This document shows, piece by piece, positions 21,096 through 32,197 of a stretch of 64,000 bases of DNA (position 1 is the stretch's first letter; the number at the start of each line of letters is the position of its first letter). Position numbers and translations under genes: made by a program. Under the pieces are notes generated by a model. The model saw only the letters and a list, made by a program, of their open reading frames with translations, did not search any database and was not told where the DNA came from. This DNA is from an uncultured Chloroflexia bacterium (GTDB taxonomy: Bacteria; Chloroflexota; Anaerolineae; CG2-30-64-16): positions 256,001 through 320,000 of the forward strand of contig CAWEMM010000006.1 of assembly GCA_963810095.1 (NCBI GenBank), in the 5' to 3' direction.

Positions 21096-21179
21096 CGCGC
21101 GGCCGCGCGCTTTTCGAGCCACTCAATGCATTGCGACCTCCGGCATCGGGGATCCCGGAAGTCGCAATGCCCCGCTTCC

Positions 21180-22163
21180 CTACTTCCCCAGCTTCTGCTT
21201 GAACGCCTGCTCCAGGGCCGGCACGATGTCGAACAGGTCGCCGATGATGCCGTAGCGAGCCACCTGGAAGATCGGCGCGTCCTTATCCTTATTAATCGCT
21301 ACGATGGTCTTTGCGCCGCTCATGCCCGCCAGGTGCTGGATAGCGCCCGAGATGCCGGCCGCGATATAGAGATCGGGGCGCACCGTCTTACCGGTCTGGC
21401 CGACCTGGTGCACGTAGGGAATCCAGCCTGCATCGACGGCCGCGCGGGAAGCACCCACAGCGCCGCCAAGCACCTTGGCCAACCGGCGAATCGGCTCGAA
21501 GCCCTCGGCCCCCTTGACCCCGCGACCGCCCGAGACGATGATGCCCGCGTTCTGCACGTCCAACTCGCCGGTCTCCACGCCTTCGAACCCGAGAATTTCT
21601 TCGCCCGCTGCCGCGCCCGAGAGTGTGACCGGGAGGGGCACGACCTCGCCGGTTCGACCGGCGGCCTTTTCGGGCATCGGGAAGCTGCGCACGCGCACCG
21701 TAGCCATCTGGCGGTCGCCCGCAAAAATGATCGTCGCGGTGATGTTGCCCGAGAAGACAGGCCGCTCGGCCGTGAGCTTTCCGCTCGCATCGAGGCTCAG
21801 GTCGGTCACTTCCGCGGCGAGGCCGATATTGCATTCGGCGGCGGCCATCGCGGCGACGTCGCGCGCGCCCGTCGTGGCCGGCGCCAGGATCACCGTCGCC
21901 TTTGCCGCGTCGATCGCGGCGGTCAGCGCGGCAGCGTACGCGCCGTTCCGGTACTGCGCGAAGTCGGGCCCGTCGACCACGAACACCTTGTCCGCCCCAT
22001 ACTCGATCGCTTCCTGAGCGATCGGGCCGACGCCCTGGCCGATCACCACCCCGGCGACGTCCGTGTTCAGCTTGCCCGCAAGCTCGCGCGCCTTACCCAG
22101 CATTTCCCAGGAAACCGGCTTGGCAGTGCCCTTGTATTGATCAACGTAAACGAGAATGCTCAT
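21180..22163 (-). CDS. etfA: Electron transfer flavoprotein alpha subunit
   Basis: [61 protein letters not shown]. Confidence 0.96.
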   Translation of the reverse strand: MSILVYVDQYKGTAKPVSWEMLGKARELAGKLNTDVAGVVIGQGVGPIAQEAIEYGADKVFVVDGPDFAQYRNGAYAAALTAAIDAAKATVILAPATTGARDVAAMAAAECNIGLAAEVTDLSLDASGKLTAERPVFSGNITATIIFAGDRQMATVRVRSFPMPEKAAGRTGEVVPLPVTLSGAAAGEEILGFEGVETGELDVQNAGIIVSGGRGVKGAEGFEPIRRLAKVLGGAVGASRAAVDAGWIPYVHQVGQTGKTVRPDLYIAAGISGAIQHLAGMSGAKTIVAINKDKDAPIFQVARYGIIGDLFDIVPALEQAFKQKLGK

Positions 22164-22182
22164 AAGTCGGTCCTCTCCTGCC

Positions 22183-22980
22183 CTAGATAGCCTTCTCGGC
22201 GATCAACTTGTCCACCAGGATCGCCGCGGTCTCGGCGGGCGAGCCGCCCTGGATGATCTCAACCTTGCCCGAGCGGGCCGGAGGCTTACGCAGGTTCGTC
22301 CACTTCAGCAGCGCGGCGCCCTCGCCCAGCCGGCTCTGATCCAGCCCGGGCAGGCCGCCTGCCGCAACCGCGGGATACTGCATGCGTGACGCCTTGCGGA
22401 TGCCCATGAAGTTCGGGTAGCGCGGCTCGTTGATCTCCGTGCTCACGGCCAGTACGGCGGGAAGCTTCACGCGCACCGTCTGCACACCCTCGTCCAGGTT
22501 GCGCTGAACCGTGGCAGTTTCTTCGTTCAGGTCCACGATCTTCTGCACGTTGGAGACGAATGGGATGCCCAGCTGTGCGGCCAGGCCGGGCCCAACCAGG
22601 CCGCCGTTGCCGTCGACCGACTGCTTGCCGGTCAGGATCAGCGTGTAGTCCCCAACCTTCTTGATCGCCTGTGCGAGGATGTGGGCCGTGGCCCACGCAT
22701 CGCTGCCCTGGAAAAGGTCATCGGAGAGCAGCGTCGCTTCCTCAATGCCCATTGCCACGGCGCGCTTGAGCGCCTCAGTCGATTCTTCGCCACCGACTGT
22801 GATGACGGCTGCCTCGCCGTCGAAGCGCTCCTGCAGCTGCAGGGCCTCCTCGACCGCAAACTCGTCCCAAGGATTCAAGACCATGGTGACGCCCAAGTCG
22901 TCCGAGCCGACGTCTTGTGGCTTGACGTCGCCCAGCTGCTCCGTGTCAGGCGTCAGCTTTGCACAGACAACAAACTTCAT
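22183..22980 (-). CDS. etfB: Electron transfer flavoprotein beta subunit
   Basis: LNPWDEFAVEEAL, AMG, GKQSVDG, INEPRYP. Confidence 0.95.
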   Translation of the reverse strand: MKFVVCAKLTPDTEQLGDVKPQDVGSDDLGVTMVLNPWDEFAVEEALQLQERFDGEAAVITVGGEESTEALKRAVAMGIEEATLLSDDLFQGSDAWATAHILAQAIKKVGDYTLILTGKQSVDGNGGLVGPGLAAQLGIPFVSNVQKIVDLNEETATVQRNLDEGVQTVRVKLPAVLAVSTEINEPRYPNFMGIRKASRMQYPAVAAGGLPGLDQSRLGEGAALLKWTNLRKPPARSGKVEIIQGGSPAETAAILVDKLIAEKAI

Positions 22981-23254
22981 CCCGTAGCCTCCTTGATCGA
23001 CACTCGTGAGGGTGTTTTGGCCGGTCGCCCAGCCAAAACGCAGCCCAGGCTGTCATAACGGACGCGGTCGCGCCAGGTTGTGACGCGAAGCGTCATGAGT
23101 ATACCATGCGCCCCAAGCGCCGCGCAAGGGAGTTTTGTTCTACATACACGGGCGCTGCGACTTAGCCTTGTCAGGGCGAGGCACCCACCGGTGAGTGCCT
23201 CGCCTCTACGGTCTCGAACCGTGCAAGCGGTTGCCCGAGGCGCGGTCCCTCCGG

Positions 23255-25321
23255 TCACCTCTGTATTTCTACTTGCCCGACAATTTGCGGCGTGCCGAGC
23301 TGCTGCAGCCCGCTGCCGTCCGCCCGGTATATCCCGACGAGGAGTTGGTACGGCCCCTCGCCGGCCGCCGGGCTGATTTGGAGCGCGTGCGTATCGCGCA
23401 GCTGCTCGCCCGGCCGCCACAGGTTCGTGGGATAGAAGGCTCCGCCCGGATGGTGGTCGCTCTGCCCGACCTTCTCGCCGGACCCATCGACCACCTGCAC
23501 GAAGGTCGTCCAGTCCTCCGCGGTCTCGCGCAGCGCCTGCCAGTAGAGCGTGACCTGGGCAGGCTGGCCGGCGACGAGCACAGCGGGCGCGACGTCGAAC
23601 CCAAGGAGACGGACCGTATCCCCGTACACCGCGTCTGCTGGGTGCGAAGGCGCGGCCGGCGGCGCTGCAGTCACGCGGACGGCCGGGCCCAGCGGCCCGA
23701 CGCTCTGACCGGGCGCGGGCGCCAGGTCGTACTTGACCTTCAGGCCCGGCATGGGCTTGACGAGATAGACCGGCCGGCCGGTTTGCAGCGCGGCATCGAG
23801 CACTGCGCCTACATCGGACCAACTCGCGCCGGGCTGGATGAGCGGGAAAAGCCCCGTGAGGTCGGGCCGCCGGCCTTCGACGTAAGCGAGGTACCAGAGC
23901 GGGACCATCTCGTCCCGGTCGTTGCTCACCAGGACCGCATCCTGCGGCAAGCCCGAGTCAAGCAGCGCGCTCCATGCGCGGCGGGCGGAATCGTCGCCCG
24001 CGCGCTGCACCTTGGGCCAATACTCCACAGCACCCCGGTACGCGAACGCCAGGAACACGACGAGCGCCAGGACGCCCGCAACCACAGTCGCCCAACGCAC
24101 GACACGTTCCCCCGAGCCGGCGAACAGCCATGCCACGATACGCACGAGCGCCCACCCGCCGAGCGCCATCCACAGGACCCACACCAAGTACGCGGGGATA
24201 TAAAACACCTGGATGTCGCCGATGGCGTAGAACAGGTTGAAGGCCACCTGGGCCAGGAAGAAGACGCCTGTCAGCGCGAGAACGGCCCAAGACCGCCAGT
24301 TTCGCTCGCGCGCGCCTGCGAATACCAGGAACGCCAGCCCGAAAAATCCCAGCAGCAGCCCGTTCAGAGACAGCTCATCGACCAGGCGGCCAACCAACCC
24401 GCCCGCATTGAGCCCACCCGGGCGCGGCGCCGTGAGCGCCGAGCTGAAGACGCTGCCGCTGGCGTGTGCCAGGAAGCCGCCGAGCGTCGAATCAAAGAGG
24501 GTGAGCGACTGGGTTGGCGAGAGTGGGAGCCGGTAGTACGGCGCGGCCGGCGCGGCGAGTGGGATGTACAGGTAGAGGAGCAGCGGCGCCAGCAGGCACA
24601 GCAGGAGCAGGCCGGCCCGCCGCAGCGTCAACCGCGGCCGCCAATGGGCGCCGGCCGCGACGATCAGAACGAAGAGGGCGGCGGGAACCATCAGCAGGAG
24701 GGTCGTGCGGTGGTGCGCCAGGCTCAGGCCGAAGAGGAGGGCCGTGACGTTGGCCAGGCGCCCCGCATCCCGGGTGCGGTGATCGACGACCCGGTGCGCC
24801 CACATCACCAGCGCCAGCAGCAACCCGGAGACGAAGGCCGCGTGCAGGGTGTAAACCTCGGCGATGACCGCCTGCGACCAGAAAGTAGGCGTGAAGGTGA
24901 ACAGCAGGGCCGCACCCAGCGCAATCAGGCGCGATGCAACGCTTAACCCCGGAGTCCTGGAACCCTCCACCGTCCCGGTTGCGGCGACAAACCGGATCAC
25001 CCGCATCACGAGCAGGGAGAACAGTGCGACGGCGACCCCGCCCCAAAGCGCAGAAAACAGGTTCATCCGGAAGGCAGGATCGCGGAGAGGCACCAGGTGC
25101 GTCCACAGCCAGCCGAGAATGAGGTAGAGAGGATAGCCGGTCGGGTGGGCAAAGCCGCCCAGCCAGGCGGCAAACTGGAACTCGGCGCTGTCGCCCCACA
25201 ACAGGCCCGGCGCGAGCGAGCGGACGAAGACGCCCAGCGCCAACACGCCGGCCAGGCCGGCGACCGCGAGGTCGATGGCCGCGCTGCGCCGCCCGCCGCT
25301 CACTGGCCCAGCTCCACCCAA
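23255..25321 (-). CDS. DUF2723 (TMEM260-like) GT-C membrane glycosyltransferase with C-terminal Ig-like domain
   Basis: GDSAEFQ...AHPTGYPLY, AVIAEVYTLH, SLAHH, multiple TM segments; C-terminal LYWQA...TFVQVVD...YPTNLWRPGE. Confidence 0.85.
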   Translation of the reverse strand: MGGAGPVSGGRRSAAIDLAVAGLAGVLALGVFVRSLAPGLLWGDSAEFQFAAWLGGFAHPTGYPLYLILGWLWTHLVPLRDPAFRMNLFSALWGGVAVALFSLLVMRVIRFVAATGTVEGSRTPGLSVASRLIALGAALLFTFTPTFWSQAVIAEVYTLHAAFVSGLLLALVMWAHRVVDHRTRDAGRLANVTALLFGLSLAHHRTTLLLMVPAALFVLIVAAGAHWRPRLTLRRAGLLLLCLLAPLLLYLYIPLAAPAAPYYRLPLSPTQSLTLFDSTLGGFLAHASGSVFSSALTAPRPGGLNAGGLVGRLVDELSLNGLLLGFFGLAFLVFAGARERNWRSWAVLALTGVFFLAQVAFNLFYAIGDIQVFYIPAYLVWVLWMALGGWALVRIVAWLFAGSGERVVRWATVVAGVLALVVFLAFAYRGAVEYWPKVQRAGDDSARRAWSALLDSGLPQDAVLVSNDRDEMVPLWYLAYVEGRRPDLTGLFPLIQPGASWSDVGAVLDAALQTGRPVYLVKPMPGLKVKYDLAPAPGQSVGPLGPAVRVTAAPPAAPSHPADAVYGDTVRLLGFDVAPAVLVAGQPAQVTLYWQALRETAEDWTTFVQVVDGSGEKVGQSDHHPGGAFYPTNLWRPGEQLRDTHALQISPAAGEGPYQLLVGIYRADGSGLQQLGTPQIVGQVEIQR

Positions 25322-28144
25322 TCTACGGCCGCGGCCAGGGTGCGGAAGTCGCCCGCAACCTGCAGATACGCGTCGGGGGCAATGACCTCGGCTGCGGAGC
25401 CGGGCGCGGCATACTTCACCCCGACGAGCGCATGCGACTGGCCGCGCAGCTGGGCCAGCCCGGTCACGCCCGAGCCGACATTCCTCAGCGCGCTCTCGGC
25501 AAGCGGCGTCAGCTTGCTCGTCGCGTCGCCCTTCGTCGCCAGGACGACGATGTGACCCTTCGGTATGTCATTAATATAAGCGGCCAGCGCGTCGGCCTCG
25601 CTCTCGCTCGCCACCGTATCAAACCCGCGCTTGTCGAGCAGCCGGCCGTCGCGCGGATCGAGGACGGCCACGTTATAGCCCGGCTGCCCACTGGACAACT
25701 CGACCTTCGTCCCGTCTGCGCCCGTTGCGGTCATGAACGCGTCGCTGAACCCGTGGACTTCAAGGTTCACCGGACTCTGGACCCCGGTCGTGCCGATCAT
25801 GGCCCGGGACGCCGCATCGGGGAAGACCGTCCGCGGGCTCTCGGCCCGGCCGAACGACAGGGTCACCCGGTTAGGGCCCTTCACCAGTAGGCCGGGCGCG
25901 ATGCGCGCACCCGTGGTCTGCCAGCCTTCGGCCAGGGGCTGATTCGTGATGATGGGCGTCCCGTTCACGCTGACCGAGAGAGTCTGCGGCGCCGCGCCGG
26001 CGTAACTCAGCGGCGCGATCTGAAGGCGCAAACCGACTTCCTGCCCCGGGTCGGTCACGGGCAGATACAGGTCGGCATCGGTGGCCGTCGCCCAGTTGGC
26101 CGTGGCCCCGTACGGCTGCTCGTCCGTCCGCACGTCCCAGCCCTCGCCCAGATACGGCTCGTTGCCTGGCGTGCCCAGGTCGAGGCGGAATGGGAGCGCG
26201 ACCGGGGGTTGGTTGACCCGGTAGACCCGATAGCCGTCCGCCTCCCAAACCGGGCTGCGGGTCCACCGGCAGCACGTCCAGGGCGTACTGCTCGGTGCGC
26301 TGCCAGGTGTCCTGATACGGATAGCGGCCGGCGATCGGCGGGGTGGTTACGAGATAACGGACGTCGTAAAGCGCCATGAGGCTGCCGGCTTGCGCGCGGG
26401 CGGCAGCATCCACTTCAGGCGCCACATCCTTGTACATCTCCAGGTCGGTCAGGGCCTTGAAGAGCGGGATGCGCGCGAAATACTCCATCTTGAAGGCCGG
26501 CGCGCGGCTGATGTTGCCCCCGATCATGGGCTTGCCGTGGGCCGTCTGGAAGTACTGCAGGTTCGTCTGCTCGCTGCCGAGCACGCCGAAACTGTTGCGC
26601 CAACCCAGCGGCAGCTGCAGGATGGCGAAGTCGCCGGGTTCGGCGGCGATGTTGCGGTAGACGGACGGGATCGTCGCGTCGGTGGTCGGCATGGGCACGG
26701 ACAGGTGCTCGACAAGGATCGCCGCGACCAACAGGACGACGATTGCCGCAGAGGTTGCAGAGACGCCGGAGAGACCCGGTTTCTTGGCGAAACCGGGTCT
26801 CTGAACGCGACGATGGCTCCAAGACATAATGGCGGCGGCGCCGTATGCCGCAAGCACTGCCAGCGCCAGCATGAGGATCACGCTGTTGCGGTTGGGAGCC
26901 CGGTTGCCGTTGACGAACGGGATGTAGTGGAGCAGTGCAAACGGGAGCGGGAAGGTCACGCCTTCGGGCAGCAGGTTGTCGACGCTGAAGCGGAATACGC
27001 CATTGATCTGCAGGAGCGGGCCGAGCACGAGGATGCCGAAGACGACGGCCACCCAGATCCAAGGCGCAATTCTGCGGCGCCCTGGAATGCTACGCAGCGC
27101 CGCAACCGCGCCCAACAACGCGAGCGCCAGCGTCGCCCAGCCGAGGAAGACCGTGTTGATGTCGTTGAAGCGGCTCTCGCCCTGCTCCACCGCACGGAGC
27201 GCGTCGCGCCAGTGCTGCCCGGTCGCCTCGTTGCCGCCAAACAGGGGGTTGAGGTTGGTGGGCGTCACCAGGCCAAGGGCGTCCGCACTGAGCTTGATGC
27301 TCTCGCCCCACCCCTCCAGCGCATAGCTGCCCCGGGTGAACTCGCGGGCGATGGGCACGAGGACGGGCGACCACAAAACGACGGCGACCAGCGCTGCAAC
27401 CCCTGCATAGAGCAGGGCCTTGCGGCGTTCCTTCAGCCCCCGCCACGACGCCAGCAGGAGGATCGCCGAAAGCAGCGCCAGGAACGACGCGAAAATCATT
27501 TCGGCCAGGGCGGCGAACGCAAAGAACAGCCCGGCCAGCGCGGCATTACGCAGTCTGGGCCGGCGGAGGGTGCGGAGGAAGTAGAGCGCGTAGAACGGCA
27601 GCCACTGCGTCGTGACCATGTCGTAGTGGCCGAGCGCGGCATAGACTGCCCGGTTTGCGCCCATCGCATAAATGACGCCCGCCACCAGCGCGGCCAGGCG
27701 CAGGGAGCCGTCCGCGAGATCCATCTTGGCGCGCCGCAGCAGGTCGAGCGCCAGCAGATACGCTCCGAGCCCGCTCAGGAACGTTGCCAGCAGCACGGTG
27801 ACGTTGCTGGCAACGACCGGGCTGAAGGCGAGGAGCAATGGCATGCCAATCAGGGCGTTGAAGAAGTTGTACGTATAGAGGATCAGGTCGATGCCGAGGG
27901 GCCGCCAGATCAGGTCGCTGTGCAGGGGGCTGGCGTGCAAATCGAGCAGGGAATGCTTGAAATTCCAGATGTTCCAGATGAACGTGGACTCGTCGAACGC
28001 CCAGGTTGCGGTGCCCGGCGCCCGGGATGCGAGGTTCGCCGGCATGGGCCAGGACTGGAGCAGCGCGAGCCCGCCGAAAAGCAGCAGCGGGACGAGCCAC
28101 ACGGCCCAGCGCCGGCGTGGGGCGGATGCGGCCGACGTGCTCAC
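25300..28144 (-). CDS. GT-C-like multi-TM protein with C-terminal ILEI/PANDER-like domain; frameshift near 26260
   Basis: [18 protein letters not shown]-like motif, [19 protein letters not shown]; ORF 25300-26133 has GYNVAVLDP...FDT...[15 protein letters not shown]...SHALVGVK. Confidence 0.75.
26770..26802. repeat. Family B palindrome lying in frame inside a CDS
   Basis: agagacccggtttc-ttggc-gaaaccgggtctct, a perfect 14-bp stem, encodes part of [12 protein letters not shown]. Confidence 0.75.
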
Positions 28145-30051
28145 GGCGCCACCACCTCGATCTCGGCGAGGGTCTGCGCGTTCTGCCCGTTCGCCCACGC
28201 TAGGCGCTCATTCCCGCGGTACCACCCGAACAGGATGCGGTAGCGGCCGGGCGCGAGGTCCGCCGGCAGCTTCATCTCGTACGGGTCGGCCACGACGAGC
28301 CCGGGCCGCCACTGCGAGACGGGAAACGCCGGCCCGCCCGGCTGCCTGTCTACCTGCGCAACTGGCATGTCATTCTCGCCGACCAGGTGAACGAAGGTAG
28401 TCCAGCCCTCCTCCACCGGTTTCAACGCCTCCCAGTAGAGGCGGATGCCGAGGACGTCGCCCGGACGCGCGGTGGATTCGCTCAGCGAATACCCGCGCCA
28501 GCGCACCGCATCGCTCAGCCCCTGCTGGTCCGCAGGCGCGGGATGGGCGATTGCCGCCGTGTCATGCAGCGGAATTGGGAGCAACTCCAGGCCAGACGCG
28601 CCCGACCGCAGCTCGTAGAAAGCGGTCCCGTCGTCGAGCGCCCGGTTCGCCAGCAGGCGCACGCCGGCCGCATCCGCGTGAAAGACGGAAATGTCGGGCC
28701 GGACGCCCTCGACGAGTTGCTGATAGCGCAGGGGCGTGATGTCTTCCCACGCGCCGGCGATGACTGCGCCCGCGGGGAGGTCGGGCGTGAGCAGCGCGGG
28801 CGGCCTTTCGGTGCGCGATGCCAGCATGGCCGGCATGGTCCTGGCCGCGCTGTAAACGGGCAGCGCCAGCAGCGCCAGGGCCACGAGCGCCGGAGCCCAT
28901 TTCTTCCCGGGCAGCCGCCGCTCGGCCCAGGCCAACAGTGCCTCGGCGCCCACCCCGAAGCAGAACGCCAGCAGCATGTAGACGGGGATGAAGTGGTCGC
29001 CGTCCTCGCCGATGATCGTCAGCCAGCGCAGCGCCACCAACAGCGTGAAGACCGCGCCCAGGACGACCAGCAGCCCAACCCGCCACTGCCTGCGGAAAAG
29101 CACGCCCAGCCCCAGCAGCATGACCGGCGCGGCGAGCAGCGGGAACTGCAGCCGGAGCATCTGCAGGAAGTTGAGCGTGGCCGGCATGCCGATGGACAGG
29201 CCGCCCTGGAAAAATCCCGAGTAGCTGCTGGCGAGGAACATGCCCACCGGGCCGGCCGCATAATAGTGCGGGTTGACGAGGCCGGCCGCGATCAGCTTGG
29301 GGAAGCCGAGCACGTCGCCCGCATACTGCGGGAGGCTGTTGAAATAGGCGAAGCGAATGGGTAAGTAGACGTAGACGGCGAGCGGCAGCAGGAGCGCGAC
29401 CAGCGCCGGCAGCCATTTGCGCGGCTGGATGGGCAGTCGGGGGTTGACGGTGAGCAGGAAGACGAGCACGGCCGGGCCGAACAGCCGGATGCTGACATGG
29501 TGGCTGAGCGCAAAACCCAGCGCCAGCATGGGCACCCAGAGCGGCGCCCGGCCATTCGCCCAGCGGATGAGCAGCCACAAGCTCAGGGCCATGAGCAGTT
29601 CGGAGAGCGGATACACCTCCGCGGCGGATGCGTGCATCCACAGCCGCGGCGCGGCGGCCATCAGCCATGCGCCGGCCAATGCGGCCACCGGGCGGGCGCC
29701 GCTCTCCCGCAGCATGAAGTACATGGCGAGCACTGCGCCGGCCGTCAGCACCGCGCACAACAAGGTCACCCGGTACGCCAGGTCGCCGCCAAGCGGCAGG
29801 GAGGCAAACGCTCGGTTGAGCAGCAGCAGCAGGGGGTAGCCGGTGGGGTGGGAGATGCCCATGACGCCGGTCAGTGTTTGCAGCTCGCCGCCGTCGCCGG
29901 GCACGACGCTGGGCGCCAGGGTGGGGAGATAGATCGCAAGCGCGCCGAAGAATGCTGCCAGGGCGCCCAGTGTATCCCAATTCAGGAGCACGGCACGCGC
30001 ACGTTGCAGCCAGCGCGGCGAGGAAGGGCCAGGAGTCGTTGTGCTACTCAA
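28141..30051 (-). CDS. DUF2723 (TMEM260-like) GT-C membrane glycosyltransferase
   Basis: GDGGELQ...[21 protein letters not shown]-terminal LYWEA...TFVHLV...WRPG domain. Confidence 0.85.
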   Translation of the reverse strand: MSSTTTPGPSSPRWLQRARAVLLNWDTLGALAAFFGALAIYLPTLAPSVVPGDGGELQTLTGVMGISHPTGYPLLLLLNRAFASLPLGGDLAYRVTLLCAVLTAGAVLAMYFMLRESGARPVAALAGAWLMAAAPRLWMHASAAEVYPLSELLMALSLWLLIRWANGRAPLWVPMLALGFALSHHVSIRLFGPAVLVFLLTVNPRLPIQPRKWLPALVALLLPLAVYVYLPIRFAYFNSLPQYAGDVLGFPKLIAAGLVNPHYYAAGPVGMFLASSYSGFFQGGLSIGMPATLNFLQMLRLQFPLLAAPVMLLGLGVLFRRQWRVGLLVVLGAVFTLLVALRWLTIIGEDGDHFIPVYMLLAFCFGVGAEALLAWAERRLPGKKWAPALVALALLALPVYSAARTMPAMLASRTERPPALLTPDLPAGAVIAGAWEDITPLRYQQLVEGVRPDISVFHADAAGVRLLANRALDDGTAFYELRSGASGLELLPIPLHDTAAIAHPAPADQQGLSDAVRWRGYSLSESTARPGDVLGIRLYWEALKPVEEGWTTFVHLVGENDMPVAQVDRQPGGPAFPVSQWRPGLVVADPYEMKLPADLAPGRYRILFGWYRGNERLAWANGQNAQTLAEIEVVAP

Positions 30052-30886
30052 CGATCTTCTTACCGAGCACCCAACGATGGTGCGACCAGATCTGCTTCAT
30101 CTGCCAGGGCAAGCGCCACCGTTCCAACCGGGCATACTTCATCACCCGCGGATACAGGCTTGGATCGCGGTCGAGGTAATAATCCATCGTCGACCAACGC
30201 CAGCCTTCGCCCTGGAACTTACCCTGCAGCTTCTTTGACCTGATGCCGAGCTTACCGAGCAGCTGGCTGGCGGGCATGACAGTGTCGGGCCACGGCGGGG
30301 TGTCGAGCACGCCCTGCTCCAGGATGCGGAGGCCGAGCCCTTCGAGCGTTCGCCGCACGAGGCCGATGTCCGTCCACCGCTCGTCGATCTCCTTGACAAA
30401 CTCCGGCTCGACGATGTGCTTGCGCACCTGGTAACCGACCTGGACGGGGTTAGGCACCGCCACGAAGACGAGCTTGTTGCTTACGCGGACCAGCTCTGAG
30501 AGGAGCGCCGCCGGTTCTTGGAGATGCCAGATGGCCGCCCAGTTCCAGGCGAACTCGAACGAGTTGTCGGGGAAGGGCAGGCTGGCCCAGTCTGAGACCA
30601 GGCTGAACTGAGCCGGGAGGTCCAGCTCGCCCCAAATGCGCTCGACGCCGGCGAGGCGCTCGGCATTGTCGTCGACGAGGGTGACGGGCGTTTTGACGCG
30701 CGCAAGTGCGACGCTGTTGATGCCGCTGACGCCCGCCATGCCATACAGCGGCGCCTCGATCGCGTTGGCAAAACCGTAGCGCCCCTTCAGCTTGAGCAGG
30801 AAGTCGTTAAGCACGAAGCGCTCGTACACGAGGCCGAGCCCTTCGTTATAATCGGTGAGATACTTCTTCCAGGTAGGTTCTGTCAC
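30044..30886 (-). CDS. Class I SAM-dependent methyltransferase-like protein
   Basis: LPFPDNSFEFAWNWAAIWHL...LSELVRVS; motif I is atypical. Confidence 0.7.
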   Translation of the reverse strand: MTEPTWKKYLTDYNEGLGLVYERFVLNDFLLKLKGRYGFANAIEAPLYGMAGVSGINSVALARVKTPVTLVDDNAERLAGVERIWGELDLPAQFSLVSDWASLPFPDNSFEFAWNWAAIWHLQEPAALLSELVRVSNKLVFVAVPNPVQVGYQVRKHIVEPEFVKEIDERWTDIGLVRRTLEGLGLRILEQGVLDTPPWPDTVMPASQLLGKLGIRSKKLQGKFQGEGWRWSTMDYYLDRDPSLYPRVMKYARLERWRLPWQMKQIWSHHRWVLGKKIVE

Positions 30887-31048
30887 AGCAGTGGACCATG
30901 ATTCGCAGGATTGGGTTGATCAGGTGTCTCCAAGCGCACAGTCTAGCACAACGCGGCCAGATGCGCTAAGCTGTGCCGGGCTTCCTATCTCGGCTCCTCC
31001 CGGCAGCGCACCTTTGCGCCTGGCCCGGAACAGGATAGAATCGCACCC

Positions 31049-32032
31049 ATGCCAGAAAGGATTCTCGTCACCGGCGTCAACGGCTTCATCGCCGGCCACC
31101 TGGCCGAGCGGCTGCTGCGCGAGGGTTTTCACGTCAGGGGGACGGCCCGCCGGCCCGAGGCTGCTGCGCGGCTGGCCGCGCAAGGCGTCGAGGTCGTCCA
31201 AGCCGACCTGACGGACGTTGCAGCCTTGGAAAAAGCCGCCGCGGGCAGCAGTGCAATCGTCCACGCCGCGGCGTGGACCGGCGGGCCCGAAGTCGCCGCG
31301 GAGGTTGGCTACCAGGTCAATGTGGACGGCACGGCGAACATGCTGGCCGCCGCCCGGCGCAGCGGGGTCGACCGCCTTATCTACATCAGCAGCGTCGCCG
31401 TGTACGGGCGCAACCGTACGCCTGTCATCGACGAAACTGCCGCGACGCCGCGCGTGGGCCAGGCGTACCCCGACAGCAAGATTGTCGCCGAAGCCCTGGT
31501 GCGCGGCGCACAAGTCCCTTATGTCATCATTCGCCCCGCTTCCACCTACGGCCCGGGCGGCAGCGCGTGGACCCTGGGACCCGTCGAGAACATCAAGGCG
31601 GGGCGACTCGTGCTGCTGGGAAAGGACACGGGGCTGGTCACGCCGGGCTACATCGACAACGTCGTCGACGGGCTCCTCCTGGCGCTGGCCCGACCGGAGG
31701 CGCTCGGGGAGACGTTCAACCTGGCGGACGACCGGACGGTCACCTACCGCGAGTTCTACCTGGCCTATGCCCGCATGCTTGGGCATGACTCCCTCCCGAC
31801 CGTGCCGGGCATTGCCGCGCAGCTGGCCCGGTTTGGGCCGGCCCAGGTCATGCGACGGATGCTCGGGCGCCCGTCGGCCGGCCCCTGGTCGCTGCACTTC
31901 CGTTTCAACCCCTCACAGTTCAGCGTGGCGAAGGCCAAGCGCTTACTGGGCTATAGTCCGCAGGTGTCTTTCGAGGAAGGCATGCGCCGCACGGAGCAGT
32001 GGCTGCGGGACGAAGGTCACATTCCAAGGTGA
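31049..32032 (+). CDS. NAD-dependent epimerase/dehydratase (extended SDR)
   Basis: ILVTGVNGFIAG, SSVAVYG, YPDSK. Confidence 0.92.
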   Translation: MPERILVTGVNGFIAGHLAERLLREGFHVRGTARRPEAAARLAAQGVEVVQADLTDVAALEKAAAGSSAIVHAAAWTGGPEVAAEVGYQVNVDGTANMLAAARRSGVDRLIYISSVAVYGRNRTPVIDETAATPRVGQAYPDSKIVAEALVRGAQVPYVIIRPASTYGPGGSAWTLGPVENIKAGRLVLLGKDTGLVTPGYIDNVVDGLLLALARPEALGETFNLADDRTVTYREFYLAYARMLGHDSLPTVPGIAAQLARFGPAQVMRRMLGRPSAGPWSLHFRFNPSQFSVAKAKRLLGYSPQVSFEEGMRRTEQWLRDEGHIPR

Positions 32033-32040
32033 GAACTGCG

Positions 32041-32133
32041 AACCACAAAGACACCAAGCCACGCAGCGATACTCAGAACGCCTGCGTAAACCGGCCTTGG
32101 TGATCCCTTCGTGGCCTTTGTGCCTTTGTGGTT
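32041..32133. repeat. REP-like inverted repeat, family A
   Basis: aaccacaaagacaccaagccacg ... cgtggcctttgtgcctttgtggtt. Confidence 0.7.
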
Positions 32134-32197
32134 CGTCCCCTCGACGTTTCGCCGCGTTCCTTGCCGCGCACCTCGGTTTGGGCTATACTCACCCATT

